A stretch of DNA of 64,000 nucleotides from Promethearchaeota archaeon Loki_b32. GTDB taxonomy: Archaea; Asgardarchaeota; Lokiarchaeia; Sigyniarchaeales; SOKP01. The notes beneath the pieces were generated by a model. It saw nothing but the letters and a program-made list of their open reading frames with translations. It did not search any database and was not told the DNA's origin. Below are positions 27,912 to 37,377 of this stretch, piece after piece (within the stretch, counting starts at the first letter, position 1; each line of letters starts with the position of its first letter). The position numbers and the translations under genes are program-made. Where the stretch lies: positions 81,206-145,205 of the forward strand of contig NJBH01000008.1 of assembly GCA_005223125.1 (NCBI GenBank), given 5' to 3'.

Positions 27912-28907
27912 ATGGGAGAACAAAAGAAATTTGAAGAATTAATTCAAAATTTAACTGATAAAAGTACCTTAAATCGAGCAGAATCAATTTCAAATAATCT
28001 TGTAAGGTTTTTAATGATAGATAAAGAAATTGGCTTAATAAAAGCGGAGGTACAAGGGAATTCATTAATTCCCTATAAACTTGATGTTAATATTTCTCAG
28101 AAAAACTTATATGATGTTATTTATCATGATTGTCCAGATTATCTAGCCCGTAAGAAACCAAATAATAAATTTTGTAAGCATATTGTGAAATTTTTTTATC
28201 TTTTAAACAATAAAGATTCAGAGTTTGCTATATATTTACTAAATAAATTCAATTCTAAAATCTCTGAGCAAGCTCAACAGAAAAAAATTGATTATCAAGA
28301 TCTTAACCATTTTGTAAATGAAGATCTTAAAAACCAATTAGAGTTTGACTATAAGGGGTTTGATTTCTTTTTCGATATTTCTGAACTTGAAGATTCAGCG
28401 AGAGAAATCTTGAAATTAATTTTAAGAGAAGCAAAGAAATTGCCCGCAGCATTGAGAGGATATCATGGGGGGTATGAAGGAGGTTTATTTGATCATATTT
28501 TACTGGTAACAAATTATACATATAACTTAGGTAAATCTAAAGAATATAATGTTGATATTAAAAAAGCAATTTTAACTGCTATTTACCATGATTTTGGAAA
28601 AATATCATATTATTCTTATAAAAAAAAGAAAATTGAATCAAAGATCATGGTATCGCGAGATGAATTGGACATAATACATGAAGATATTGTTAGAAAGTTC
28701 AAATATGAAGGGAGAGATTATCATGTTGAAGAAGCATTAGCAGTTCTTAAAAGAAACATCCACGTTTTGTTTTTTGATGATGAGATGTATCAAGCGATAA
28801 TATTCCATCACGGTCAATGGAGCAAATATTATCCAATAGATATGAATGAACTGGCAACTTTAGTACATAGAGCAGATATGATCGCAAGCCAGACTCATTT
28901 TGTATAG
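27912..28907 (+). CDS. SWIM zinc finger fused to a YhaM/Cbf1-like HD phosphohydrolase
   Basis: A.VQG...Y...HDCPDY...FCKHI (SWIM); YHGGYEGGLFDH, YHDFGK, HV, HHG, RADMIAS (HD). Confidence 0.75.
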   Translation: MGEQKKFEELIQNLTDKSTLNRAESISNNLVRFLMIDKEIGLIKAEVQGNSLIPYKLDVNISQKNLYDVIYHDCPDYLARKKPNNKFCKHIVKFFYLLNNKDSEFAIYLLNKFNSKISEQAQQKKIDYQDLNHFVNEDLKNQLEFDYKGFDFFFDISELEDSAREILKLILREAKKLPAALRGYHGGYEGGLFDHILLVTNYTYNLGKSKEYNVDIKKAILTAIYHDFGKISYYSYKKKKIESKIMVSRDELDIIHEDIVRKFKYEGRDYHVEEALAVLKRNIHVLFFDDEMYQAIIFHHGQWSKYYPIDMNELATLVHRADMIASQTHFV

Positions 28908-28947
28908 TCTTAACTCTTTAAAAAAGGAAGGAATAGTGAGAATCTAT

Positions 28948-29628
28948 TTAATGCTCTTGTGTTTCTTTTAGTGTCTCTAGAATTTCAGAAATTTCTTCTT
29001 TTTTGCGATATTTTTTGACTATTTTTTTATAACTTTTAACTGATTTTTTGATTAGTTCTAGAGTCTCTTTTGGTACATTTTCTTCAGGAATTTCAAGATC
29101 CTGTATCATAAAGTCTAAACCAACAGTTAATTTATAATTTTGTTCAAAACTTTTTTTTGTAAATGTTCTAATTAAGGATGATTTTCCTACAGCAGCAGCT
29201 CCAGCTAATAAAATCTTAAATCTGAAATGGTTAGAATCGACAATTTCTCCAAGCCGGGGTTTTAAATCTAACAATGCTGTAATAGCTAATCTATAAAAAA
29301 GTCTCTCTACGTTTTTATTTTCTAACGCAGATGTTTCTAAATATTCAAATAAGTAATATTGATTTACTTTTTGAATAATTTTTTTTCTTGGAATCGTCTC
29401 TCCTATGCTTTCTTTTAAATCAGTTTTATTTCCAACTAAAAAAATTGGTATATTACCAGATTGCTCTCGGAGTTCATTGAAATAATCATCAATTTCATCA
29501 AATGTATCAGGGCGACTTAAATCAAAAATCAGACCGACTGCAGCAATACCTTTAAAAAAATCGGTTTTAAAGAAGTTAAACCGTTCTTGTCCTCCAGTAT
29601 CCCATAGTGATAAAGTAATTTTTAACAT
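28948..29628 (-). CDS. Circularly permuted Rab-like small GTPase (G3-G4-G5-G1-G2)
   Basis: WDTGGQERF near the N-terminus, then GNKTD, ETSA, then FKILLAGAAAVGKS and TVGLDF; GAGGT SD upstream of ATG. Confidence 0.85.
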   Translation of the reverse strand: MLKITLSLWDTGGQERFNFFKTDFFKGIAAVGLIFDLSRPDTFDEIDDYFNELREQSGNIPIFLVGNKTDLKESIGETIPRKKIIQKVNQYYLFEYLETSALENKNVERLFYRLAITALLDLKPRLGEIVDSNHFRFKILLAGAAAVGKSSLIRTFTKKSFEQNYKLTVGLDFMIQDLEIPEENVPKETLELIKKSVKSYKKIVKKYRKKEEISEILETLKETQEH

Positions 29629-29654
29629 ATTTAGGTTCCTACCTCATTGATGTC

Positions 29655-30359
29655 TCATGATTCCCAAATAGCAATATATTCATCTAAAATTTTATATACA
29701 TTATTAAATCCCATAACTTTATAAAATTCTTTAAGGCTTTTTTCATCAAGATTCCATTGTGATCTCATTTGAAAAGAATTAATACCATCGTTATCTAACA
29801 ATAAAAAATCAATGATTTTCAATAAAGGTTTCGGCAAGTGTTTACCGAAAAATATAACAATTTTAAATAATTTATCACGAGCAGAGATTTCTTTTGGGTT
29901 TATTACATATGGCTCACATACAACAATTTTATTTGCAATCTTTTTAGCTATATTAATTAAATCAATATGTTTAGGGTAAATATGATGCAATATATCACAA
30001 AGTACAATTACATCCTTCTTTTTCCCTTGATAATCTTGAAAATCAAAAATATTTTTATGACGCAAGATGATTTTGGTTAATTTTATATTTCTTTTTTTCA
30101 ATTCTTTTTTTCTAATTCGTTTTAGAAAACGATGGTTAAGATCTGCTCCTTCATATTCTATTGCGGGATGCAAAAACCGCATTAGGTATCCTGTACCGCA
30201 TGGCAAATCTAAGACTTTCTTTGGCCCTTTACCTATAAAAGTTGCAATTGTGGAAAATTTTTTATCTTGATCATATAATCTACGAGTTACTGCGTTATAG
30301 AGCCACCCACTACGATACATTAAACTTCTAAAACCAGCAGTTTCTATTTTTAAAACCAT
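29655..30359 (-). CDS. Class I SAM-dependent methyltransferase
   Basis: VLDLPCGTG, GAD.N, D.I...DILHH. Confidence 0.85.
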   Translation of the reverse strand: MVLKIETAGFRSLMYRSGWLYNAVTRRLYDQDKKFSTIATFIGKGPKKVLDLPCGTGYLMRFLHPAIEYEGADLNHRFLKRIRKKELKKRNIKLTKIILRHKNIFDFQDYQGKKKDVIVLCDILHHIYPKHIDLINIAKKIANKIVVCEPYVINPKEISARDKLFKIVIFFGKHLPKPLLKIIDFLLLDNDGINSFQMRSQWNLDEKSLKEFYKVMGFNNVYKILDEYIAIWES

Positions 30360-30422
30360 CCTTAATATTACAATATTAACGTGAGATTTAAGTTTATAAT
30401 AAAAAAAAAGGAATTTTTAGAT

Positions 30423-32465
30423 TTAGGGTGGTGAAAGTAAATTCATTTTGTTTTCGACATCTGTGTTTAATTCTTTGATTTTTTTTTCTAATATTTTAAG
30501 TTCTTTTTTGATTTCTTCAAACCTGCTTTCTTGAGTGTTCAATTTTTTTATATATCTTTCTTTTAATGAAATGGATTGACTATCTTCCCCTAAAACCGAG
30601 ATATTTTCTCTAAGTCTTACTTGTTCATCAGTCATTATGTCCCTTTCTTCATTTAGTTTATCATCTTTAGCTCTTAAATCATTTAATGTTTGAATTAATC
30701 CCGCAATTTCCTTTAATTTGGTTTCTAGATCTGGATCAATGAATTTTTGTTTTACATAAAAACCTACTCGTTTTAGAAGATCTTCTTTGTTAAAGTTCCA
30801 TATATAATTACTTGAGTAATTTTCTCTTTGTTCTTTTAATTTAAAAACTACCGCATCCTTAGGTTTTAAGGTTAATTTGAATCGCCAGTAATTAGTAGTT
30901 TCTTCGGGTTCAACTGGTTTTTCTATAACTTTATATTCATATGTCTTAGGATGATCAAGATAAAGCTCCTTTTCTTGCTCAGTTTTATTTTTGATCTTAT
31001 AAGTGGTCGTCATGTTTGTGTAATAATATTCATAAGAGTAACCGCTGCCAAATGTAACTCTATGTACACTTAAGTTTTCAGATTCTTGTTCATGAGTGAT
31101 AATTACTGCTTGTTCTATTGCATAGTTTAACAATCTCGTATCTCCTTTATTTAAGAAGGGAATAATTGCTTCTCCAGCAAGATTATCATCGTAAATGATT
31201 GTAGCAGGTCCTGTTTCTAGTGTTAAATTAGTATTATTGGTAATTTCTAAACATGCATTAGGATTTTTATCGTGGTCGTTTTTATTGTATAAAAGAATTC
31301 TATTTGATTTAATCGACTCTGTAAGGATTGGAACTAAAGCAGATTGTTTTCTTTTGATTGTTACTGGATTTGAAATATTATATTCAAACAACTCTCCTAA
31401 ATCTTTTGTTTGGGTTTTAACTTGAGATTTCACTTTATCGTAGATTTCTGTATCAGACATAACACTTTGCATGCGTCCAAATCCGCCACCTGCTGGAGCA
31501 GGAGGAGGGCGGGCACTTTTACTCATAGTTCTAGCTCTTTTTTTGGATGGTATTGCCTCCATTTCTGCCATTGCATAATCATCAAATTTATCCATTTCTA
31601 AACCCTCTTCAATCTCTGTTGGTCTAGCACTTAAAATTTTTGGTGGTTGAATAACAGGGCGCTGAATGAATATCGGCCTATAAAAGGCGTAAATGAAGCT
31701 TACTGGAAGACCTGCAACTAGACTTAATTCAATATCTTCCCAATCCTGGTTAGTCGTATTTTCGATGAGACTCCAACCAGAAAGTAGACATTTTTGCTCT
31801 AATTCTTGTTGTTTACTCATAATCAATCGATAAGATGTTTTCCAGATTGGACTTTCACGAATATAAGATACAAAAATGTTTCTTTCAGCAGCATCATCTC
31901 CACCAGACTCACAATTTATTATAATTTTTTTTGCATCCTTTTTTTTCCCAGCAATTACGGTGTCTAGGAAGAATTTCAAATCTTTTTTAATCTCTTCATT
32001 TAATATTTCAAGAGATTTAATTTCTGAGAAGTTATATTTGGCAATCAAATCATCTTCTTGTAATAAAATCAATAATTTCTCGGTAATTTTTTCGACCTTA
32101 CTCAATTTTTCTACAAATTCTATTCCCATTATCTTTCCTGAAACTTTTTTAGCACCACCTATGGTTAAATTTACATCAGCTCCTTTAATTTGTGTTATAA
32201 GAGAGGAAAAAGAATCCCTATCAGGAATATTTAGCATAATAGATTTTAACAATTGAGAAGTTTCTAAAGCAGCATCATAAGAAATCGATGAAACGTATCC
32301 CTTTTCGCTTGTATCTAGCACAAAAAGTGATTTTAATATATCATTCATTTCATCAATCTTAAATTCAAGTTCAAATTTCCCAGTACCTTTTAAGATACCT
32401 TCAAGAATGTAATAGGATACGCCGTGTTTAAATATAATTACTCTTTTTACATTTATTTTTGACAT
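30423..32465 (-). CDS. DUF4139/DUF4140-family protein with C-terminal coiled coil
   Basis: V.IFKHGV.Y, MNDILKSL, P.WKTSYRL, ENTT..DW...L.LVAG.P, GELFEY. Confidence 0.8.
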   Translation of the reverse strand: MSKINVKRVIIFKHGVSYYILEGILKGTGKFELEFKIDEMNDILKSLFVLDTSEKGYVSSISYDAALETSQLLKSIMLNIPDRDSFSSLITQIKGADVNLTIGGAKKVSGKIMGIEFVEKLSKVEKITEKLLILLQEDDLIAKYNFSEIKSLEILNEEIKKDLKFFLDTVIAGKKKDAKKIIINCESGGDDAAERNIFVSYIRESPIWKTSYRLIMSKQQELEQKCLLSGWSLIENTTNQDWEDIELSLVAGLPVSFIYAFYRPIFIQRPVIQPPKILSARPTEIEEGLEMDKFDDYAMAEMEAIPSKKRARTMSKSARPPPAPAGGGFGRMQSVMSDTEIYDKVKSQVKTQTKDLGELFEYNISNPVTIKRKQSALVPILTESIKSNRILLYNKNDHDKNPNACLEITNNTNLTLETGPATIIYDDNLAGEAIIPFLNKGDTRLLNYAIEQAVIITHEQESENLSVHRVTFGSGYSYEYYYTNMTTTYKIKNKTEQEKELYLDHPKTYEYKVIEKPVEPEETTNYWRFKLTLKPKDAVVFKLKEQRENYSSNYIWNFNKEDLLKRVGFYVKQKFIDPDLETKLKEIAGLIQTLNDLRAKDDKLNEERDIMTDEQVRLRENISVLGEDSQSISLKERYIKKLNTQESRFEEIKKELKILEKKIKELNTDVENKMNLLSPP

Positions 32466-32561
32466 AAAATTATTATAACGTATTAAAAATTTAAATCTTG
32501 ATGATTATCCACAAAAAAAAAGGTATTAGAAAATCTGTTAAAAAGATAGACTTTGTTTTTC

Positions 32562-32700
32562 CTAAATACTTCTTTTTAAAATTTTCAATATGTCCCCTTC
32601 CAAAGTAGAAGAATACTCCGAGTTTTCCACTATAATACCTAAATATTCACCAGCATCATTAAAGAAATAAAAAGATGGAATTGCCTTCAAATCAAACTTA
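32562..32700 (-). pseudogene. Duplicated 3' end of the thioredoxin-like gene (left island boundary)
   Basis: 139 bp with 5 mismatches (manual count) versus 45581-45719. Confidence 0.92.
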
Positions 32701-33040
32701 AATAATTTTAGTTACCATGTAAATTCTAACGGATGATATGAAGTGTTTGTCGTTATTTCTATTCGATACAAGCATTTTACTATCCTTTAGTATGCCTTTT
32801 TTCCTTTATTCTTTCCCAAAATTAAATGAAAAGCACTTTGATTTATTCTTAATCAAATAATCTCGCTATTTTTTATCCCTTTTTTTACTATCTCATCGTA
32901 ATATCCATCATAATATCATAGACTTGTACTTGTACTAGAACTAGTAAAATTACATAGATGCTCGACTAAGGGATTTAAATTGATTGATTAGATGGATGAG
33001 AAACAATTACGTGCATTTTAGCAGTTAATAAGGGAAAAAA

Positions 33041-33096
33041 TGACCGATTACTCGGTCAGCAGTTATTCAGCTCCCCTAGGAGCGAAATTAAGATTT
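33041..33096 (-). repeat. Inverted repeat copy 1 (partner 43632-43686), containing two hairpins
   Basis: attcagctcccctaggagcgaaattaagattt versus reverse complement of 43632-43662 (29/32); TGACCGA-TTAC-TCGGTCA hairpin next to an A-tract. Confidence 0.8.
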
Positions 33097-33236
33097 CTTT
33101 GCGGGTTCATGTTTTTTTTCTTTTTTTTTTTCTTTTTTTAACATTATCGGAAAAGATTCTATTTTTTTAGGTAAATTTTATTTTTATAGAAAAACTCACC
33201 TTAATTCAGATAAATTTTTCTGATAAATTAGACTAA

Positions 33237-34868
33237 TTGATCGTAATGAAACATGACACAAAAATGACTAGAATAAAAACTGTTGTTTCGAGATTTTGTC
33301 CCAAAATTTTAAGGAAAATGAGCGATTACAACAAAGATACTAAAATTAAGCAAATTGAACCAGGTGAATCAGTAGTAGAGATGCAGGGGATCACAAAGCG
33401 ATTCCCGGGTGTGTTAGCTAATGATACTATTAATTTTGAGCTGAAAGCGTGTGAAGTTCATGCTTTGCTTGGAGAAAACGGTGCAGGCAAAACAACCTTA
33501 ATGAATATCTTATACGGACTCTATCGATTTGATTCAGGTGAAATTAAAATTCAAGGAGTCCCGGTTCACCTAAGATCGCCAAAGGACGCCATTGCAATTG
33601 GAATTGGAATGGTTCACCAGCACTTCACACTAATACCGACAATGACAGTTGCAGAGAATATTATTCTGGGGGTCAAGTCTTCCAAAGGACCTCTTTTGAA
33701 TCTCGCTGAAGCCGAGAAGCAAATCATCGAGCTCTCAAAAACCTACAATCTAGAGGTTGACCCCAAAGCAAAGGTAGAACAGCTCCCAATGGGTATTCGC
33801 CAACGAGTTGAGATAATAAAAACTCTATACCGTGGTGCACGGATACTTATTCTCGATGAACCGACCTCAGTTCTCACTCCTATGGAAATCGACGATTTTT
33901 TTGACGCTCTGAAATCCATGGTAAAAGAAGGGTTGACTGTTGTCTTTATAACTCATAAGTTACCCGAAGTGTTTGCCATAAGTGACCGTGTCACAGTCCT
34001 CAGACGTGGACGTTTTGTTGAGACAGTTGAGACCAAACTAACTAACCCAATGGACCTTTCGATAAAAATGGTCGGAAGAGAGATCCATTCAGGGCAGGAG
34101 AGGGTTGATATCAAACCTGGTAAGGTTGTTCTTGATGTTCAGGGTCTTAAAACCATGAATGACAAAGGTCAAGAAGCCCTCAAGGGTATTTCTTTCTCAA
34201 TTCACGAGGGTGAGATACTGGGAATTGCAGGGATCTCAGGAAATGGTCAGAAGGAGCTCGCAGATGTACTCTCTGGTATGAGACCATCTACAGATGGCAC
34301 GATTCGGTTTCTGAAGCAAGATGTAACCAATTACACCCCAAAGAAATTAATCGAAATAGGTATAGGGGACATCCCTGAGGATCGGGCAGGCACTGGTCTT
34401 CTGATGAACTTTTCCATCGCGGAAAACTTGATTCTAGAGTCCCATGCTAAGACTCCATTCTCACATCGATCGTTCTTGAATAAAGACGAAATCCGAAAGT
34501 ATGCAGAAAAAATTATCCAAGAATATGACATTGACACACCAAGTCCTAATGTTCCACTAAGAAACCTGTCAGGTGGTAACCTCCAGAAGGTTCTCTTAGC
34601 AAAAGTTCTCTCTAGAGATCCAAAATTGCTTATTTTAGCTCAACCTACAGCTGGATTAGACGTTAGAGCAACAGAATTCATATCTAAAAAGATATTGGAG
34701 GAGAGAGAAAGACAAGTGGCCATTTTACTCATCTCTGAGGACTTAGAAAGAATTATGACCCTGAGTGATCGCATCGCAGTCATCTATGAGGGTAAAATTG
34801 TAGGGATAGTTCCTACTGCTGATGCAAAGATCAGTGAAATTGGTCGGATGATGACTGGTGTTGTATAG
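33237..34868 (+). CDS. Nucleoside/sugar ABC transporter ATP-binding protein (two fused NBDs); true start probably downstream
   Basis: GENGAGKTT, MVHQHF, LDEPT, ITHK, IPEDR, LSGGNLQK, QPT.GLD. Confidence 0.93.
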   Translation: MIVMKHDTKMTRIKTVVSRFCPKILRKMSDYNKDTKIKQIEPGESVVEMQGITKRFPGVLANDTINFELKACEVHALLGENGAGKTTLMNILYGLYRFDSGEIKIQGVPVHLRSPKDAIAIGIGMVHQHFTLIPTMTVAENIILGVKSSKGPLLNLAEAEKQIIELSKTYNLEVDPKAKVEQLPMGIRQRVEIIKTLYRGARILILDEPTSVLTPMEIDDFFDALKSMVKEGLTVVFITHKLPEVFAISDRVTVLRRGRFVETVETKLTNPMDLSIKMVGREIHSGQERVDIKPGKVVLDVQGLKTMNDKGQEALKGISFSIHEGEILGIAGISGNGQKELADVLSGMRPSTDGTIRFLKQDVTNYTPKKLIEIGIGDIPEDRAGTGLLMNFSIAENLILESHAKTPFSHRSFLNKDEIRKYAEKIIQEYDIDTPSPNVPLRNLSGGNLQKVLLAKVLSRDPKLLILAQPTAGLDVRATEFISKKILEERERQVAILLISEDLERIMTLSDRIAVIYEGKIVGIVPTADAKISEIGRMMTGVV

Positions 34869-34958
34869 GGTAGGGTCCACTGATGATAATCTTGATCATT
34901 GTATGGGGGAACCTTGTTAATATTTTTGAGGACTGAGATTAGATGAGGACAATCCACT

Positions 34959-35981
34959 ATGACTGATTCGGAGTCGCCCTATTATCGTTCAAGTCATCAT
35001 GCTAAATCTTTGTACTTGAATGCTCAATCAATAGGCCTGTCTGCTGATGACAGGATTCAAATACAAGGCAAAATTGGTCTGATACATAGTATATTCCAGC
35101 GCGTAATCAACATCACCGTGTTGGAGAACCGATTGATCAGTTTGGTTGGACAAGAGGTAGGACAAGGACCGTTGAATATACTTGTGAACATTCCTAATCA
35201 TATCAATCTGTCAACAATCGGGATAAAGAGGGGTGATATCGTAACACGAGTCGGTGAGTCAATAGTTATAGGTGAGAATGTTATTGTGATATCAACCCAG
35301 TGGACTGAACTATGGGAGCCAAAGAGAAAATTTCCAGCTAGTCTGCAACCCCTTAAGACAATTATGGCAAACATAGAGATTATGAGAGATATTGCCCTTG
35401 CTTCTGATCACCTCAGTGGTTTAGGTGAATTAATTCCTTTCACCCACATTAACGGTCTTAAAGATTCCAAAACTGAAAAATTAGGTTCTGTTTCTCATTT
35501 GGCGTTACCTCATATTTCATCAATGCTCAAGGCAATAAAATCTGGTCATTCCCACGACATAATACGAATTACCAAACATCTTGTAGGATTGGGTCCAGGA
35601 CTAACTCCTGCTGCTGATGATATGCTTCTCGGGTTAATGATTAGTATGTTGTATATTTCAGAAAACTTTAATGAAACGAGTATTGATGTCAAGAAAATCA
35701 ATAAGGATATTATATCCATCATTTCAAGGAGGACTACAATTATAAGCGAAGAGTTCTTAAGAGAAGCTTCAGTTGGAAAAGTAAATGAAGCTGTCGCCTC
35801 TCTTATGGAGAATTTGTTGACTTCAAGACAAAGAGAGTTAGAGAATTCTGTTAGAAACATCTTGGATTTAGGTGGTACGTCTGGCACAGATACTGTGTTT
35901 GGAGTCATCCTAGGGTCACATTTAATGCTGATCGACATATACTATAATAGTAATAAAAATGAGGGTATTTTTCGCTTGTAG
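34959..35981 (+). CDS. DUF2877 protein (YlbF/YahE; AllH-like)
   Basis: IHS.F...N, LVGLGPGLTPAADD, TT.IS, G.TSG.D...G. Confidence 0.85.
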   Translation: MTDSESPYYRSSHHAKSLYLNAQSIGLSADDRIQIQGKIGLIHSIFQRVINITVLENRLISLVGQEVGQGPLNILVNIPNHINLSTIGIKRGDIVTRVGESIVIGENVIVISTQWTELWEPKRKFPASLQPLKTIMANIEIMRDIALASDHLSGLGELIPFTHINGLKDSKTEKLGSVSHLALPHISSMLKAIKSGHSHDIIRITKHLVGLGPGLTPAADDMLLGLMISMLYISENFNETSIDVKKINKDIISIISRRTTIISEEFLREASVGKVNEAVASLMENLLTSRQRELENSVRNILDLGGTSGTDTVFGVILGSHLMLIDIYYNSNKNEGIFRL

Positions 35982-36286
35982 TTTTCGTATCTTTTCCAAA
36001 GTCTCAATACAAACTTGAATCCCCTTTTGATCTGGATTTACAATCATCCCATGTGCATTTTTACTTTTTTTTAGTTGAATTATTTCAGCATCGGTATATT
36101 CGTTCCAATTATTTATAGGAAATATATGTATGCGCTCGCGGTTGATTCTAGGACTTTTGAAGTATATTGATTTTTTTCTTTTTTCTTTCACGAGAAAATA
36201 TTTCCAAAATTTAATCCATCAATCCCATAAGAAAGAGGTTGACATATGATATCACTGTTTCTTTTTAATTAATTAATTAGAAAAAA

Positions 36287-37192
36287 TTATTTTTTAAAAT
36301 GTGTACCGGTCTTTCCAAGGAGGGCATCTTGGATATGATCAATCGAGGTAATGATCGCTTGAGCGCCGCCTTGTTCAATAAAATTGACACACGCTTGGAC
36401 TTTCGGTCCCATGCTTCCTTTCGGAAATTGCCCTTCGTCCAAAAATTTTGTTGCTTCGGGGATGGTCAATGAATCGACAAATTTTTCATCCGGTTGCATG
36501 AAATTGATGGCAACTTTTTCTACATCTGTGGCTATCAAGAGGATATCGGCCCCGATCTGTTCCCCGAGTTTGGCGGTAGCTAAATCTTTATCAATAACCG
36601 CTTCGACTCCGTGAAGACGTTCATCCTTTTTATACACAGGGATTCCTCCCCCGCCACATGCGATGATAATAAACCCTTCTTCCATTAAATGCTTAATTTC
36701 TCGCCATTGGTAGATTTTAATGGGTTTCGGTGATGGTACCACTCGGCGCCACCCCCGTGACGTGTTGACAAATCCCGGACGGGGATCTGGATAAGCAGGT
36801 CCAACAGGTTTTGTGGGGTTCTCAAATGCCGGATCATCTTTTTTTACCGAGGTATAAGTAAGCACCGTGAGAAAAAGTTTGTCATCGGATATACCTAGGC
36901 GCATTAGCTCTTCGTCCAGGGTGGATTCAATCATATACCCCATTTGACCTTGTGTCTGCGCCCCGATGATGGATAACGGCATTTTTGGGACCTCATCACA
37001 TGCTTCTTGTTGTAATAGTAAAGCCCCCGATTGAGGTCCATTCCCGTGAGTTATCACGATGCTGAATCGTTTCGAGAGTTCGGCAATGGAAGCAACAGGT
37101 TTTCGAATGTTGGCAAATTGCTCTTCTGCTGTGCCTGCTTGGCCTTTTTGGATGAAGGCGTTCCCACCCAATGCGATGATTAATTTTTGCAT
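36287..37192 (-). CDS. arcC: Carbamate kinase
   Basis: ALGGNA, THGNGPQ, AQTQG.MGY, PTKPVG, WRRVVPSP, GGGGIP, EAVIDKD, GSMGPK. Confidence 0.96.
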   Translation of the reverse strand: MQKLIIALGGNAFIQKGQAGTAEEQFANIRKPVASIAELSKRFSIVITHGNGPQSGALLLQQEACDEVPKMPLSIIGAQTQGQMGYMIESTLDEELMRLGISDDKLFLTVLTYTSVKKDDPAFENPTKPVGPAYPDPRPGFVNTSRGWRRVVPSPKPIKIYQWREIKHLMEEGFIIIACGGGGIPVYKKDERLHGVEAVIDKDLATAKLGEQIGADILLIATDVEKVAINFMQPDEKFVDSLTIPEATKFLDEGQFPKGSMGPKVQACVNFIEQGGAQAIITSIDHIQDALLGKTGTHFKK

Positions 37193-37200
37193 TATTTTCC

Positions 37201-37377
37201 TCAGCTTCCTTCCAATTTTTCTAGGAATTTGAGGATATCAAGGTCGCCTCCAGCAGGAGGTCGCCAATTTACATGGATTACATCCACATTCTGTTTCTCC
37301 AAATCATCAGCAAACATTTCGATTCCAATATTGATGACCTTGAGTTCCTTGCTAAAAAGTTTTTCTTTCTCAGTCAT
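37201..37377 (-). CDS. Small FdrA-associated domain protein (58 aa; missed by ORF track)
   Basis: MTEKEKLFSKELKVINIGIEMFADDLEKQNVDVIHVNWRPPAGGD...; the VINIG..F..L..Q...W.PPAGG module seen in FdrA/YlbE systems; ATG overlaps the fdrA stop (TAATG). Confidence 0.85.
   Translation of the reverse strand: MTEKEKLFSKELKVINIGIEMFADDLEKQNVDVIHVNWRPPAGGDLDILKFLEKLEGS

Noticed and set aside
28948-29654. GTPase as a simple 5'-truncated pseudogene
   Set aside because: The missing G1/G2 motifs are present in frame at the C-terminus, an SD is present, and the upstream gene is intact.
35922-36191. 89-aa minus-strand ORF after arcC
   Set aside because: Overlaps the DUF2877 3' end and has no recognisable motif; unsupported.
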